Shown here one piece after another: positions 37,338-51,179 of a DNA stretch of 64,000 nucleotides (positions are counted from its first letter, which is position 1; every line of letters starts with the position of its first letter). The stretch lies in contig OX597816.1 of assembly GCA_951406725.2 (NCBI GenBank), forward strand, positions 117,862,001-117,926,000. Reading direction: 5' to 3'. The notes beneath the pieces are model-generated. The model searched no databases and was not told where the DNA came from. It saw only the letters and a list, made by a program, of their open reading frames with translations. The position numbers were made by a program, and so were the translations under genes. This DNA is from Octopus vulgaris. Taxonomy: Eukaryota.

Positions 37338-38124
37338 TGAATCTGTTTTTAAGGGTTGGCTTCAAAGTTGCATTCCCTCACGTTCGGTACACTGTGTATT
37401 TATTATGGTTGTTTTGACTTTAAGAGTCACTCATAGCGTGAGGCACGTACGTGTAGTAATGCCTTTAATTTAAATAAAACTTTAATAGTGAATCGAGTAA
37501 AATTTGACTGATATTTCTATCAGGTGTAAAAGGCCTGCTGCTAGGTCAAATACTAACAATTGTTTGTGAATCATTAAAATATTGTTTCTTGCATAGTAAA
37601 TAGTTTCTAATTAAATGATTTAATTGGCTAAAAGAAAATTTAGAAAGCAATATAAAATAAGTAAAATAGAGAGTTTGAAGAAATGCCTCGTTTAAAATTT
37701 CTTTCATGTCACCTATATTTGGATGTATGCAAGCTAGTCGTATTATGCTGCAGGGTTTCGGTGCCTTGCTAGATCCAGCTCAACCTCTGCACATGCGCTG
37801 TGCAAATGGAAGAATGATGTGACAGACGAAGAACAATTTTGAATAATGGGTTCTCATTTTTTACGTGTAATTTTAACGTGCAATATATAATTACTTGTAA
37901 ACTATAAAAACTGTTAAATGTCAAATTTATATACAATTAATGGCTCAGGTGTATTCCAGGCATGGTTCACAATAATTATCCAACGGAATTAAAACTGAAA
38001 ACGAACAAACAAGCCCCCACCCACCCCAAAAAAACATGAATGATAAAATAATAAAGACAAAATGATTTGTTTTAATGCAATTTTATTTTGAGCAGAAACC
38101 ATGTTGCATACAATCACACTTTGC

Positions 38125-38175
<51 letters not shown>

Positions 38176-38232
38176 GGATATGTATGTATGTATATATATA
38201 TATATTTATTTATTTATTTATATATATATATA

Positions 38233-38289
<57 letters not shown>

Positions 38290-38857
38290 ATAAATATGTT
38301 TGTATGTTTGTACATGTGTGTCTTTATGTGTTTTTATCTCGTGTTAATTTTAAATAAATTTTCTGATCTGCATTCAATTCAAAGATACAGATTATGTTGG
38401 CAAACAATCGAGCAAGTTCACAAATCAAAAGCACAATGCTAACTCGTCAAAACAGAGTCACACAACCCCCCCAAAATATATCTTCATGCAGGACTCTGGT
38501 GGACATCGTCACTTTTCTTTAGATCCTAGATAGCAATTCCTGTTAGCGTCGACCAGCTCTGAAAATATACAATAAATTTATCTTGTTAGTTTAATTTTCT
38601 AAAACATACTTTATTATTCAGTTTTAAACATTTCATACGAAAGTAACAAGCAAACGTAAGATGAAACAGAGATATTGTTATAATGGATATTGTTCAGTAG
38701 TCCCAAATCCGTTGTGATTGAGCAGGTCTATGACCAAGAGCATTCTAACCTTGACTATCCACCTTTTTTTAGGCATGATGTGGCCCAGACTACATTATCC
38801 AGTGTATAATTCTTTTGTAGCTGTACAGGATGCGAGTAAAGTGATATTTAATTGCTA

Positions 38858-39241
38858 CTAGCAGTATCGCCCGGCGTTGCTCAGGTTTGTAAGGGAAATA
38901 ACTATAAAGCATTTTTAGAGAGTTATAGCCAAAAAATAGCAAAAAAATGGAAAAAAAATGATGGTAAATTTTTTTTGAGAGTTAAAACAGGTGGAGTTGC
39001 GTCCCCTAGACGGTCTGTGGTTTGGGTTTCTCATTCTCGACCCCATGTCGAATTTATCGATTTTTTTCAGAACTGGGGGAACTTTTCAAAATTTTCGCTG
39101 CGTTAGTTTTGAATTATGACATTGGGCTATGTGTGTGTCAAGTTTCATCAGAATCGGTTGAAAGCCGTGGTCAGAGTGAGGGTACGAGAAAACAGACACA
39201 CAGAAAACGCACAGACAAACTGCCGTTTATATAGAGAGAGA
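38858..39241 (-). mobile_element. non-autonomous Helitron
   Basis: Minus strand begins TCTCTCTCTATATAAAC and ends with hairpin CCTGAGC-AAC-GCCGGG then CTAG; inserted at A^T in a family C repeat (TTGCTA|TTTCTA) with no TSD. Confidence 0.8.
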
Positions 39242-39704
39242 TTTCTACCAGGTAGAACGACTACATAGAGACTGGTTTCTTAGTAGGCTCAGTGTAATAC
39301 AATCTCTCAATGTGGATAAATGTCTCTGTTGCAAGATCTTTTTTTTGTCTTTTAAAAGAATTCGTGCTCACCACTGAAAGCTAGTGGATGATTTCTCTGC
39401 CTAGACAATGTATCTCACTGTGCCATTACGAACGGTTCTCTTTGTGTTAGTTTATGTTGATGTTATTTAACCCTAGAATAAGAAGACCTATCACCAAAAG
39501 TCTTCCACTCCGTCTTTTCGTATATTTGGAACTATGTCGTCTGATCTGCGTTTTTATCTATATTATTATTATTTTTTTTTTTTGCTTTTCTTAAGGGATA
39601 AGATATAATCTGAGAGGTATTGGGTACTATTGCTAGCAAGTCAATGGACTGCATAAAGGTTCCCGAGTTGGCTTATATGTTAATGTTAGGTGTGATATAA
39701 TAGT

Positions 39705-39905
39705 TCTTTCTACTATAAACATAAGGCCTGAAATTTTAGGAGAGGAGCTAGTCGATTAAGTCGGACCCCAGTGCTGAACTGGTCCTTTTTTTATCGATCC
39801 TGAAAGGATAAAAGCAAAGTTGACCTCGGCAAAAGTTGAACTCAAAACGTAAAGCTGGAAGAAAGTATTTTGTATGACGTGTTATCGATTCAGCCAGCTC
39901 GGCGT
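39705..39905 (-). mobile_element. SINE family B
   Basis: AAAGCAAAGTTGACCTCGGC...CCAGCTCGGC. Confidence 0.75.
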
Positions 39906-41849
39906 TTTGTGATTGTGGTATAATAATGATGATGATGATCAGTGCAGGCATACCAGGTTATTAAGAAATTGTCTTTACAATCATGAGATCATACGATTCC
40001 ATTGTGGTATCTTGCGAAAATGCGTTGTATCATATCTTCGATTTTACCAAAGCTTGTGATTGAAGTTATATGGATGGAAACTGTGCGGAAGTCCGTCAGA
40101 TGGTTAGTATCTATAATTCAAATAGATACCGTTGTCACACACGGAGTCATATTGGTTTTGTCTGCAGATTTCAGAAAGGGCTGTTAGAGGAATAATGCAT
40201 AGATACTTCTATTGAGAGGACAACTGAAATATTCATTGGCAAGATATTCGCTTAGCTTTACTAAATCTCGCAGTTATAATGGGAATTTCGAAAGAATCTC
40301 GAAAGAGAAAGCAATTAACTAATGAACAAACAGATACATAATGTGGCTTTGATGCAGTTTATGGTATCACATAGGACTTATGTTAAGCTGATTGTAACAT
40401 ATGAACTTTTTCTTGATTTCTATCAAGTATGAATATGGATCTCCTGTATCACTAATAAATTCATATACATTCCAGCGAAGGTGATTCTACATGGTCGGTC
40501 TACTTGCTAGAAAAATCAACCAAACTACTCTCAAATCAGGCCCCACCTTTTTGAATAAGGAAAGGACACCTTCGATGATCTAGTCACAGATACACTCCTA
40601 AAAATACTGATTAGTCACTGCTGGAACACCCTTTGATTATAGATCTGTTCGAATAGAGTCAACCCGAACCTAAATGTTAATATATTTCTGAATTTAAAAT
40701 AGTGTAAGCAACTACTGAATCTGGACTCAAACTTGGAATATTTGGTATCCATTGTCCTAATTAAAGTGTTCATAAATATTTCACAACTAATCATGAAATA
40801 GACACAGTGTACATTTAAAAAGCCTGGCCTGCGACACAGATTTTGGTTCTTGACTGTAGCACTTACGCCATAATGTGCACAGAAGAAACACAAGCATTGT
40901 GCCATATTTTTACTGCGCCTAAAGACAAAGATGATTAACTAAGGGTAGAAAACAATAACCATACAACTCTAGTGAATGAGGACAAATAAATGTCCTTAAT
41001 TTACAATGCCATAAATTACAATGAGAACACACATTTTTAGATGATAATATATAAATTAATAATCGCATCGATTATCAATCATTTTTTGTCTTTAAATTAT
41101 TGGGAATGCAGTGTCTCCGAGACTTGTGAAAAGGTGAGAAAGTATCCTCAAACCGGTGACCTGGTTGAATGCTCGCAACAGAATGTGCTCTGCTGAAGGC
41201 AGCCACGTAGCCAGGTGGTTGTGAAAATGGATTAAGGTTACTACACATGTAAACCAAGATGTGATATGTAGCCAAGACGCAACGTACCGAATAAAAACTG
41301 GAAAGTTTCCGGTTTCCGGTTCGAAATTTTTACAGTTCTACCAACCCACCATGCAGAATTAGTACTTACTTGTTGACCTTGAAAAGAAAAGGCTGACAAC
41401 GGTGGGATTTGAACTCAAAGCGCACAATTGGAACAAATATTTTGAAGAATTCCGCCAATTTGTTGCCAAGGGGACAAGAGTAGAATCTTTATTAAAAGTT
41501 TGAATGGGGAAATACAGTAACTAGTGTGGAGCATTTAATCTGGCGCGCTGTAATTTCTGTCAGTGTATTTCCTTAATAATTGCTTATAACCTAGGTTAGA
41601 AAGAAGGAGGAGAGAGGCAGAGAAAAAGAAAGAGTTAGTTTAAACTTTATCCTAGGTGAAGGGGTTTGGTCCTGTTATTGTTAGTGTCATTGTTGCTCTT
41701 GCTTGTCATGGTACTGCTGCCGTAGTCATAATCACTGCTGCAGCTGCAGTTGTTTATACTATTATTGCTGCTGCTATTGCTACTGTTGTTGGTGTTGCTG
41801 CTTCTACTGTTGCTAGTGTTGGATCTTGCCATTGCTGTTGGGGTTGTAG

Positions 41850-42480
41850 TGTTGGGCAGTAGTGAAGACCTCCTCTTCCCTGTATTTGTAGCGGACAGAA
41901 AGTTCTTAAGTGATTTTCGGCACCACACAAGTAGCATTTCTACCTTCAACTTCCAACTGCAACAGGCATCTACACTTTATTGGGACAAGTGAACAATATC
42001 CGGGATATTTTTCACATTCTCCGGTTTGATCAGAAGGAACATTTCTAATGTATTCCCACCCAAAATTTCCCTCAGTTTGTTTTACGGAGGGACAGGTGTT
42101 GCTGCCCTCTAAAATAATACAGGCCAAGATCCACCAGATATGAAGCCCCTGTGGAATTTTCTACCACCATGCAAGACGGCGTCGTTTTTGAAAAGGACCT
42201 TCATGCTCCTCAACCGCTTTGTCCTAGTCACATGTTTCATATCTCCCCATTTACATTTGAGGGCTCTTTCCACCTAGGTATGTGCTTCTGGGTCTATGCA
42301 TCGGGATTTTGCAGACACAACAGTATTATCCTGGCAGTTGCTGCCAAAATCTCAACTGGGATTGCAACTAGGGATCTCCTCTCATTCACTCTTACAAGTT
42401 GCGCTGCCTGTGTTAGATGTGCCCCGTTCTTGTTTTGTGGACTTCATTGCCATACCAGAAAAAGATTACCTACATGTGGA
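41850..42480 (-). pseudogene. gag/ORF1-like relic with CCHC zinc knuckle (L1/Tx1-like)
   Basis: KCYLCGAENHLRTFCP (C-x2-C-x4-H-x4-C) at 41936-41895, preceded by LEMFLLIKPENVKNIPDIV; frameshifted; flanked by (CAA/CAG)n tracts. Confidence 0.6.
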
Positions 42481-43049
42481 GTTGCCCCACCACTGTCTTT
42501 AATACCGTTGTTGTTGTTGCTGCTGCTGCTGCTGCAGCTGCTTAAACTGCTGCTGTTATTGCTTTTGATGTTTTTGCTGTTGATGTTATCGCTATAGTTG
42601 ATGCTGTCTTTGTTGTTATTGATACTGCCACAGCTGTTGATGTGATTTCTGCTGTCACTGTTGTTGTTGTTGTTACTGATGTTGCTGCTGCTGCTGCTGC
42701 TGTTGCTGTGACGACTGCTGTAGTAGCTGTTCTCATATTCCTCTGCTTTCTTTTTCCGGCAATGTTATCGATGGCAGTCAGGCTAGTAATGTTTGAGCTG
42801 AGGTAAGAGGTATCGCCGCTATTCACTGTCATAGTCAGAGGAATTATTTCCTCTCCTATGATTCCATGCACTTTAGTGGACGAGCGTTCCGGTGTCACTA
42901 TGATTTTGAACACTAAAATTTACGACTTAGTGTTATTTTTGTTGTAAGAGCAATTTCCCTTAGAGCCAACACCTACGGTTCCCTGTTCACATATTTTCAA
43001 CAAAAACATCTAACCTTTTACGAGCCGCAGTAGAGCACATTCAACAACA

Positions 43050-43617
43050 AATAATAATAATAATGCCCTGATGCAGTACCAGGCAGTGGCTCTCATGGCT
43101 TCTGATCTTAACTGATTGGAAGTGTTATCATGTACATTGTTTTGTCTTGGTATAAAAGATGGGCTACAGCAAATATTCTGCTCAATACCACAGATTTGCT
43201 TGTCAGTTGCTTGACCTTAACCAGTTGAGCATGTCCCTTAGTGGCTGACGATATGTGCATCTCTGATCACGAGCAGAAGTAGTGGGGGAGCATCATAGTC
43301 ATGTGTTGAGAGGGTTTCTTTGGGGTTTGAATAATTCACCTCTGGAAACATGGGTGTTTTTTTCAACATCCTTAAACAACCCTTATTCAGGGACCGTTTG
43401 AGCGGGATGGGCTACTCAACCTGAAGAAAATTCTAACTGGGCCCCACCTGTAAGGTCATGTGCTGTTTATCTTGATATGAGATCACCATGTCGCGCACAT
43501 ATGGTTGTGATGCATGTGCCTGGTGTACCTTTATCAGACGGGTAGTCATGATGGGTATATTGGGCTTCGTATATTTTACCCCAGTGTCACTTTGATGGCA
43601 TGAACTGCTCTCTCACT
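43050..43617 (-). mobile_element. about 570-bp non-coding retroposon inserted in (TAA)n (R4/Dong-like targeting)
   Basis: (TAA)n on both sides; second 3' fragment at 10258-10400 also ends in (ATT)n. Confidence 0.6.
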
Positions 43618-43618
43618 C

Positions 43619-43653
<35 letters not shown>

Positions 43654-43675
43654 CAACAACAACAATAATAATAAT

Positions 43676-43890
43676 CTTTCTACTTTAGGCATTAGGTTTG
43701 ACATTTTTTGGGGAAGGAGCTTGTCGAATACATAGACCCCAGAGCGAAACTGGTACTTTTTTATCGATCCAGAAAGAATGAAAGGCAAAGTCGACCTCGG
43801 GAAAAATTTGAGCTTAGAACGTTAAGTCGGAAAAAATGCAATTCTGACAACATGTTTTGTCGGTGCAGTAATGTTTCTATCAGCTCGTAA
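43676..43890 (-). mobile_element. SINE family B
   Basis: GAAAGGCAAAGTCGACCTCGG motif. Confidence 0.75.
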
Positions 43891-43893
43891 GCC

Positions 43894-43924
43894 TAATAAC
43901 AACAACAACAACAACAACAACAGC

Positions 43925-43969
<45 letters not shown>

Positions 43970-43984
43970 AATAACAACAACAAC

Positions 43985-44043
<59 letters not shown>
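43894..44043. repeat. (AAC)n/(AAT)n microsatellite
   Basis: Visible directly. Confidence 0.95.
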
Positions 44044-44045
<2 letters not shown>

Positions 44046-44358
44046 CTGAGACAATTTCCTGGGTGGGGTGCAATCGATTGAATCCTTTACGGTGCTCGAT
44101 TAATACTTATTTGATAAACCCCAATAAAATATATCGCTATTCGCAAATTAAGCAAATTATGGTGTTGACTTTAAAAGAGAAAGCTAAACATTGCAGAATG
44201 TTGCACTCGAAATAAATAAAGAACAGATTACATACAAATCCTACTTGACATGATCACCATATAAAATAAATGCTTTCCTTCTTTCTTTCTCTTTTTTTTT
44301 TCATTTCCCTTTTCTTTTTCTTGTAAATCTTGGTGTTATTATCATAATGCTATCGTAA

Positions 44359-44453
<95 letters not shown>

Positions 44454-44511
44454 ATGATATATCATGATAAAATATATGCTCCGATTTGTTTACAAATATT
44501 ATATATATATA

Positions 44512-44566
<55 letters not shown>

Positions 44567-44614
44567 ATATAGCATACTTCTATATATGTATACATATATA
44601 TACATATGTAGAGA

Positions 44615-44778
44615 GAGGAGTGGCTGTGTGGTAAGTAGCTTGCCTCCAACCACATGGTTCCGGGTTCAGTCCCACTGCGTGGCACCTTGGGCAAGTGTCT
44701 TCTACTATAGCCTCGGGCCGACCAAAGCCTTGTGAGTGGATTTGGTAGACGGAAACTGAAAGAAGCCCGTCGTATGTT

Positions 44779-44863
<85 letters not shown>

Positions 44864-45083
44864 ATGTTTGTGTGTCTGTGTCTGTCCCCCTAGCATTGCT
44901 TGACAACCGATGCTGGTGTGTTTATGTACCCGTCACTTAGCAGTTCGGCAAAAAGAGACCGTAAGAATAAGTACTGGGCTTACAAAGAATAAGTCCCGGG
45001 GTCGAGTTGCTCGACTAAAGGCGGTGCTCCAGCATGGCCGTAGACAAATGACTGAAACATGTAAAAGAGTAAAAGAGTAAAAG
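44615..45083 (+). mobile_element. SINE family A, full length, young
   Basis: Near-consensus head, internal (TA)n(TG)n, tail GGCGGTGCTCCAGCATGGCC...(GTAAAAGA)n. Confidence 0.92.
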
Positions 45084-45235
<152 letters not shown>

Positions 45236-45296
45236 GGATATGCATATATATCAAGATGCATGTATACACACACACATATATATATATATATATTTA

Positions 45297-45327
<31 letters not shown>

Positions 45328-45364
45328 CTGTACATATATGCGTGTATGTATGTGTATGTGTGTG

Positions 45365-45395
<31 letters not shown>

Positions 45396-45609
45396 ATATA
45401 TGCATACACATACACACATATATACCTACATACATACATACAAACATACATACATACTTACTGGATCTTCCGTCGGTTACGACGTTGTGCATTCCGCTGT
45501 TTCATCAACAACACTACCTACTCGTTAAATTAACATGAAAAGTGGAAAAGGCTAAATGTACTGTATTCTTAAAGTAATTCACATGCTGGATCAATACTTG
45601 GCAAATCTA

Positions 45610-46362
45610 AGGCGGTGAGTTGGCAGAAACGTTAGCACGCCGGGCGAAATGCTTAGCGATATTTCGTCTGCCGTTACGTTCTGAGTTCAAATTCCGCCGA
45701 GGTCGACTTTGCCTTTCATCCTTTCGAGGTCGATTAAATAAGTACTATTTACGCACTGGGGTCGATATAATCGACTTAATCCGTTTGTCTGTCCTTGTTT
45801 GTCCTCTCTGTGTTTAGCCCCTTGTGGGTAGTAAAGAAATTGATATTTCGTCTGCTGCTACGTTCTGAGTTCAAATTCCGCCGAGGTCGACTTTGCCTTT
45901 CATCCTTTCGGGGTCGATTAAATAAGTACCAGTTATGCACTGGGGTCGATATAATCGACTTAATCCGTTTGTCTGTCCTTGTTTGTCCTCTCTGTGTTTA
46001 GCTCCTTGTGGGTAGTAAAGAAATAGATATTTCGTCTGCCATTACGTTCTGAGTTCAAATTCCGACGAGGTCGTCTTTGCCTTTCATCCTTGGGGGGGGG
46101 GGGGGGAATAAATTAAGTACCAGTTACGCACTGGGGTCGATATAATCGACTTAATCCGTCTGTATGTCCTTGTGTGTCTCCTCTGTGGGTAGTAAAGAAA
46201 TAGGTATTTTGTCTGTCTTCATCTTATGAGTTCAAATTACGCTCGATTTTGCCTTTCATCCTTTCTGGGTCAATAAATTAAGCACCAGTTGCGTACTGGG
46301 GTCGATCTAATCGACTGCCCCCTCCCCCCAAATTTCGGGCCTTGTGTCTAGTGTAGAAAAAA
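45610..46362 (+). mobile_element. SINE family B with four tandem internal modules of about 184 bp
   Basis: TATTTCGTCTG...GAGTTCAAATTCCG recurs at about 45660, 45845, 46028 and 46205. Confidence 0.9.
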
Positions 46363-46636
46363 ATACGTGGCGAATCTGGACTTTTGAATTACACGTCACA
46401 GTCAGTTCATCATGTTTCGACATTTTGCGTCAATCCAGTTACATTTACACTGCGTTGGTCGACCCGTGGTGGTAAAAAAAATCACTTGCGCAATATGCTT
46501 TGTGGTATAATCGAACTGAAGACTTCATGGTTGTTAAACGAAATGTTTAACTACAGGAGCATACCTCACCCACCTCGCGCACACACGTACATAAATACAG
46601 ACAGACACGCGCACATATGCTTATATGTATGATGTA

Positions 46637-46702
<66 letters not shown>

Positions 46703-46893
46703 TGTGTCTGTGTTTGTGTTTACACACACATGCACACACACATACACGCACGTATACTCATATATTTATATATGTAAATATATGTATATGCGTCTATATA
46801 TGTAGATATATACACATACACACACACGCACCACACACCCACATATATCCATAAACATACGCGCACATGTATGGAGTTATGTTTATATGTATG

Positions 46894-46945
<52 letters not shown>

Positions 46946-47892
46946 GCACGCAAATACATACACATGAATACATTCAGTTGTACATTAATTCATTCATACA
47001 TGCCTACATACATACCATACATACATACCATACATACATACATACATACATACATACATACATAGCTTCTATAATTCCAGGAACTTTTTTTTCACAGAAA
47101 ATTACATATTACATCGACTATAAATTAAAGTAACTTCCGAAAAGGGAAAAACAAGAGCAACAGCACCACCACCACCACCACCAACAACACCATTGCCACC
47201 ACCACCACCACCATTACTACTGCAATTATCTACTACTACTACTACTACTACTACTAAAAACAAAACATGGATCCTACTAAATTATCTCCTTATTTAGCAA
47301 GAGAAAAAAAAATCTCGTTATTTCGAGATTTTGGAAAAAAAAATGTCAATGAAACAATCAGCTAAGATATGCAAATGCTATTGAGTTTTTGTTTTGTTTT
47401 GTTTTTATCTTTTTAAGTGATAAATGAAAGAAAATGTAAAATATTTTTCGCTTTATTGCTTGTCGTTTGAAGTGTCATCAGATATTTTTGGTTTGTTTTT
47501 GTCTTTTTTACTTTTTATTTGTATTTATTTAACACGATATCAACTATATCTACTTTTTCTCTCTTGCCTCTCAGCCTCTCAATCCATCTCATATATCTAT
47601 TATCATTCACGTCGAAATTCTGTTTCCTTCCAATTGTACTTGGTTTGTACTGTCAAGTACTAACTAGTATAGTACAGAATTTTTATTTCTTCCCCATCCT
47701 TATCTAATTCCCCCCACCTCCTCCTTGTCCTCGCCTTTCCTCTTCTTCCACCGCTTCATCATCATTATCATCGTCATCGTCGTTATCATTATCCTCAATA
47801 CCATCATCATTATCATTGCCCGTTCCCATTTTGTGTTTTTGTTTGTTTTTCATCAACCAATTACATCCACCACTGCTGCGCCGCCACAGTCC

Positions 47893-47944
<52 letters not shown>

Positions 47945-48574
47945 AAAGTTATTTTTATAAGAAAACCAGAGTTAAACTTGCTTGTTGCTGATCACTGATG
48001 ATAATAATAACGACGAAATTTCCTCCTCGTTCTTCCTTTTATCAAAACAACAAAACAAGTAAACTATCGTCTAAAAGATACCCTACATGTTTGATCATTT
48101 GCGGTAACACGACAACAGACAGTAGGTGACATTTAGTGGGTGACGATCGTTTTCTATCGTCGCATTGTCACACATATAATCGAATAGAGAAACCACCGAT
48201 GCCTCGATTAAAAGTGAGATCAACACTAGAAAACAAAATCATGTTGCACACGATATACTAACTTCTGCTGTAGCTATATAACATATTTAATACTTTATAA
48301 TTTTTACTACTTATCAGTTTGCAATTTATTTTTTTCTTTCAAATTATATATTTTAAAACTTGTTAACCATTATGGAATAGGAATTTTTTGCAGGCTCATT
48401 CAACTGGAATTGTGATTTTAGATTGAAGGTAAAAACTATTTCAATTGTAAAAGAATAAACAAGATGACATCTTATACTTCCTCACGCTCCTGTGAATATT
48501 ATAATAGGGAACGTATGTCTGTGCCAGAAATCAGTCAGTCAATGCATATATACACAATACATGTGTAAATACGT

Positions 48575-49005
48575 ACATCCATACACATCATACATACATA
48601 AGCATCAACACAAGAAATGTTCAGAACTGCTGTCAGATGCAAAGATTACAAGCCGGATATCGGTTTTGGAACATTGTAGAGATCAGATGTCCTACAGATG
48701 TGACTATCTCTTTGAAAATCAAAGAGAAAGATAATAACCATAGACAACTGCTTTTATGTCCATATTGTAAATTCACATTTATGCCAATAATAATCGGTGT
48801 TCTTAGTTATGTAAGAAAATACCTAAATGATAATCTGAGAAAGCTGGGGTCTTCAGTAAAAAAAAAATGAATCAACATTATAAATACAGTAAAATTATGT
48901 AGACATTTCTCAAGTTTAAAATGTGAATTTTTGTTATCTACACTCCAAAGACGGAACTTTGCATCTTTGTTAGAAACCAGGCCCCTTTTTATAGGAAGAT
49001 TTCAA
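48575..49005 (+). mobile_element. R4/Dong-like RLE-LINE 3' relic
   Basis: Homologous to 51870-52320 and 60260-60670; VEIRCPTDVTISLKIKEKDN; shared 3' UTR TTTCTCAAG...AGAAACC. Confidence 0.6.
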
Positions 49006-49185
49006 ATATATATATATGTACATATGTGTATATGTATGTATATAATACAAAGTGAATGCATTTATTAAAAGAAAATACAAGAATTTACAAAACTAGTCTT
49101 CTTTCCTGCTCTATAAAATTTATCGAGAACATATTTATACTCAGATATATATGTGTGTGCGCGAATGTGTCTGCGTGTATGTGTA

Positions 49186-49268
<83 letters not shown>

Positions 49269-49479
49269 AAGGTGGTGGAGAGATCATGTGTATGTATAAT
49301 ATATTTTATTTTGATTGTGTCAATGGTTTGCTACTCCGAGTGTTACCTGTAAGCGCACAGGATCTTCAGGCAAGTTATGATAGGCACTTTATGCAATAAC
49401 TATACACGACAGGTGAAAATCGAAGCAGTATGACACTGACACAACCAAAATAACATTTATTATTAATAGCCGCTAAGAA

Positions 49480-49685
49480 GGCGATGAGCCGGCAGGATTA
49501 TTAGCACACCGAGCAACATTTCGCCTGTTTTTGCCTTCTGAGTTCAAATTTCAGCGAGGTCGATTCTAACCTTTTATCCTTTCAGAGTCAATAAAATAGA
49601 TACCAGTTGATCACTGAGCTCGGCGTAATCGATTAGATCCCTCCACAAAAATTTCTGGCCTTGTGTCTATTGTAGGGAGGATTAT
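49480..49685 (+). mobile_element. SINE family B
   Basis: GGCGATGAGCCGGCAGG...CTGAGTTCAAATT. Confidence 0.7.
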
Positions 49686-50046
49686 TAATCTCTACTATAT
49701 TACTGACCGTTTTTTTACCAACAGTCAGCACCGTACATACACGCATACATGTATGCAGGCATACATACATACTTGCATGCATACATACATATACCATCTT
49801 CAAACCTACAGGCCTATGAAACTTCGGATTATCCAGATGTTCTGAGATTACATGATTCCCTACCCAATCCCTGAACAGGTGCGAGTCAATCGCAGACTTA
49901 ACCTCAAAATGCCACTGTTACTTATTTTCACTTTTCTATATCGGGTCTACGTGTAACGAAGTGCTTCGGGCAAACTTACAAGTGTCATTCGTCCGAAAAT
50001 TGAACCCACAAACTAGCCTCTTAACCACAAGACTTCACACACACAC

Positions 50047-50130
<84 letters not shown>

Positions 50131-51179
50131 GTATTTGTATGCTTGTGGCCATGTCGATGTTAGATACATATGTGGTTTGCTATACAAATTTTACTTTATC
50201 TACAAACAAGATATTTTTCACAGAGGTCTCATTAATTATTATTGCAACAATATCTATAAGAAGAAAATAGGACAAATTTGCTTGAAGGTTATCGAAAATT
50301 ATGGTTTTTGCTTATACGGACTTTTAAGATTATAAGCTATCGAATAATTTGGAGAGAAGCACATCACAGATTAAGGAATAGGGCGTTGTTAAGAGCAAAT
50401 CCTTTCCTTTATAAGTCGTCATTAGTTCCAGAAAATACTGAGTCGCTTTAATCGATTATACCTTCCTCATCTCAGCCGTGTACCAATTTTGTAAATCAAT
50501 ATTTAGGTTAAATTATTGTATATCTCGCTCAGATCTCCCAGTAAGAGGTAATCCTTCGGAATGAAGCTAAGGCAAAGTGTTCTATACGGAGGAAAAGTAA
50601 GTCACAGTATGGGCATTACGTATTCACGTGAGAATTACACAGCTAGGAAGTTCAGTTGAACGAAGGTCACTTGCTCTGAAACGTCGAGGAATTCTTCTTA
50701 GTAGTAAAATTTTAAAGGACTCCTCAGAATACTGACTGTAAACAATATGGCTTATAAAACACGAAAGTAAAGCTTTATAATGAATCTAATTTAAAGTAAT
50801 AATTTGAGATGGAAATATTACATTTTAAAAAATAGCCGAGGTGTTCTAAAACGGTTAACAGAAAGCATATTTAAGAATAGTTGTCTAGTCAATATATCAA
50901 ACGTTAACGAAACTTATTCATGTATTTAATGGAACTCTAGAATTCATTGAGATTTTTTTTCTTCTTTCTCCTTTTGAATTCGGTTGGAAAGGTGGTAAAA
51001 TAAGGCCCATGCCTTTGTAAGATCTGTCATTGTAGTCGATGTTGTTGATGTTAAGCATAATTCTGTATATTTTTGTTGGTGTGTTTTACTAAGTAGTTGG
51101 GAAGTACATAGATAGTTTTTCTGTAATTCTGTCTATTTGGGCATTAAATCCTATATCAATACGTTTACAAAACAACAGT

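Larger units (their letters stand above)
36723..37478 (+). mobile_element. retrozyme or Penelope-pLTR-like tandem: two 275-bp direct repeats, 482-bp period, each with an HHR
   Basis: 36723-36997 closely matches 37205-37478; both copies end at AATAAA; non-coding hairpin-rich spacer. Confidence 0.65.

Noticed and set aside
36723-37478. TRIM or LTR retrotransposon interpretation of the direct repeats
   Set aside because: No CA end, primer-binding site, polypurine tract or TSD seen; the HHR favours a retrozyme or PLE
45660-46300. Regularly spaced repeats resembling a CRISPR array
   Set aside because: The whole 184-bp unit repeats with no unique spacers; SINE-derived, eukaryotic context, no cas genes
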